The notes below the pieces were generated by a model that was given only the letters and a program-made list of their open reading frames with translations, was not told the origin of the DNA and ran no database searches. The position numbers were made by a program, and so were the translations under genes. A stretch of DNA of 64,000 bases. It comes from Octopus sinensis (Eukaryota). Below are positions 63,658 through 64,000 of this stretch, in pieces. Within the stretch, counting starts at the first letter, position 1, and each line of letters begins with the position of its first letter. Location of the stretch: assembly GCF_006345805.1 (NCBI RefSeq), contig NC_043002.1:10974001-11038000 (forward strand), written 5' to 3'.

Positions 63658-63908
63658 GTTGTGGCAGACGAAATACCTATTTCTTTACTACCTACAAGGG
63701 GCTAAACACAGAGAGGACAAACAAGGACAGACAAACAGATTAAGACGATTATATCGACCCCAGTGCGTAACTGGTACTTAATTTATCGACCCCGAAACAA
63801 TGAAAGGCAAAGTCGACCTCGCCGAAATTTGAATTCAGAACGTAAAGACGGATGAAATGTCGCTACGCATTTTGTTCGGTGTGCTAACTATTCTGTCCCT
63901 TCACCGTC
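63658..63908 (-). mobile_element. SINE family A with multimer junction remnant
   Basis: ggcagacgaaatacc|tatttcttt at ~63678; decayed head. Confidence 0.85.
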
Positions 63909-64000
63909 TTATAGCATATCGGTTATGTCGTCATGCGACTGCATCGCATATCCTCTATTTCGACGATATTATTATCACTACGTGTGACCCTTCCAGCAAA

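Overview
This is gene-poor, AT-rich eukaryotic DNA. The repeat families match my recollection of octopus (coleoid cephalopod) repeats; that assignment is not verified. I found no host protein-coding exon, true tRNA/rRNA or CRISPR array, and nearly all long ORFs are microsatellite or satellite artefacts. The window is a mosaic of: (i) about four tRNA-headed SINE families, one with roughly 40 full or partial copies, often in multimers; (ii) decayed CR1-like, RTE, zinc-knuckle ORF1 and Penelope-like (GIY-YIG) retroelements; (iii) mariner, maT-like and pogo remnants, piggyBac-like and 8-bp-TSD MITEs, and Helentron-type HINEs; (iv) 34-, 52- and ~40-bp satellites and many microsatellites. The most notable signal is a set of minimal type-I hammerhead ribozymes from several unrelated families. 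Chief among them is a tRNA-headed, hammerhead-carrying SINE-like element inserted as a head-to-head palindromic dimer within one 12-bp target-site duplication (29174-29713), a candidate Pol III-driven, Penelope-mobilised ribozyme SINE. Coordinates were read by eye and may be off by a few bases, more for decayed copies.
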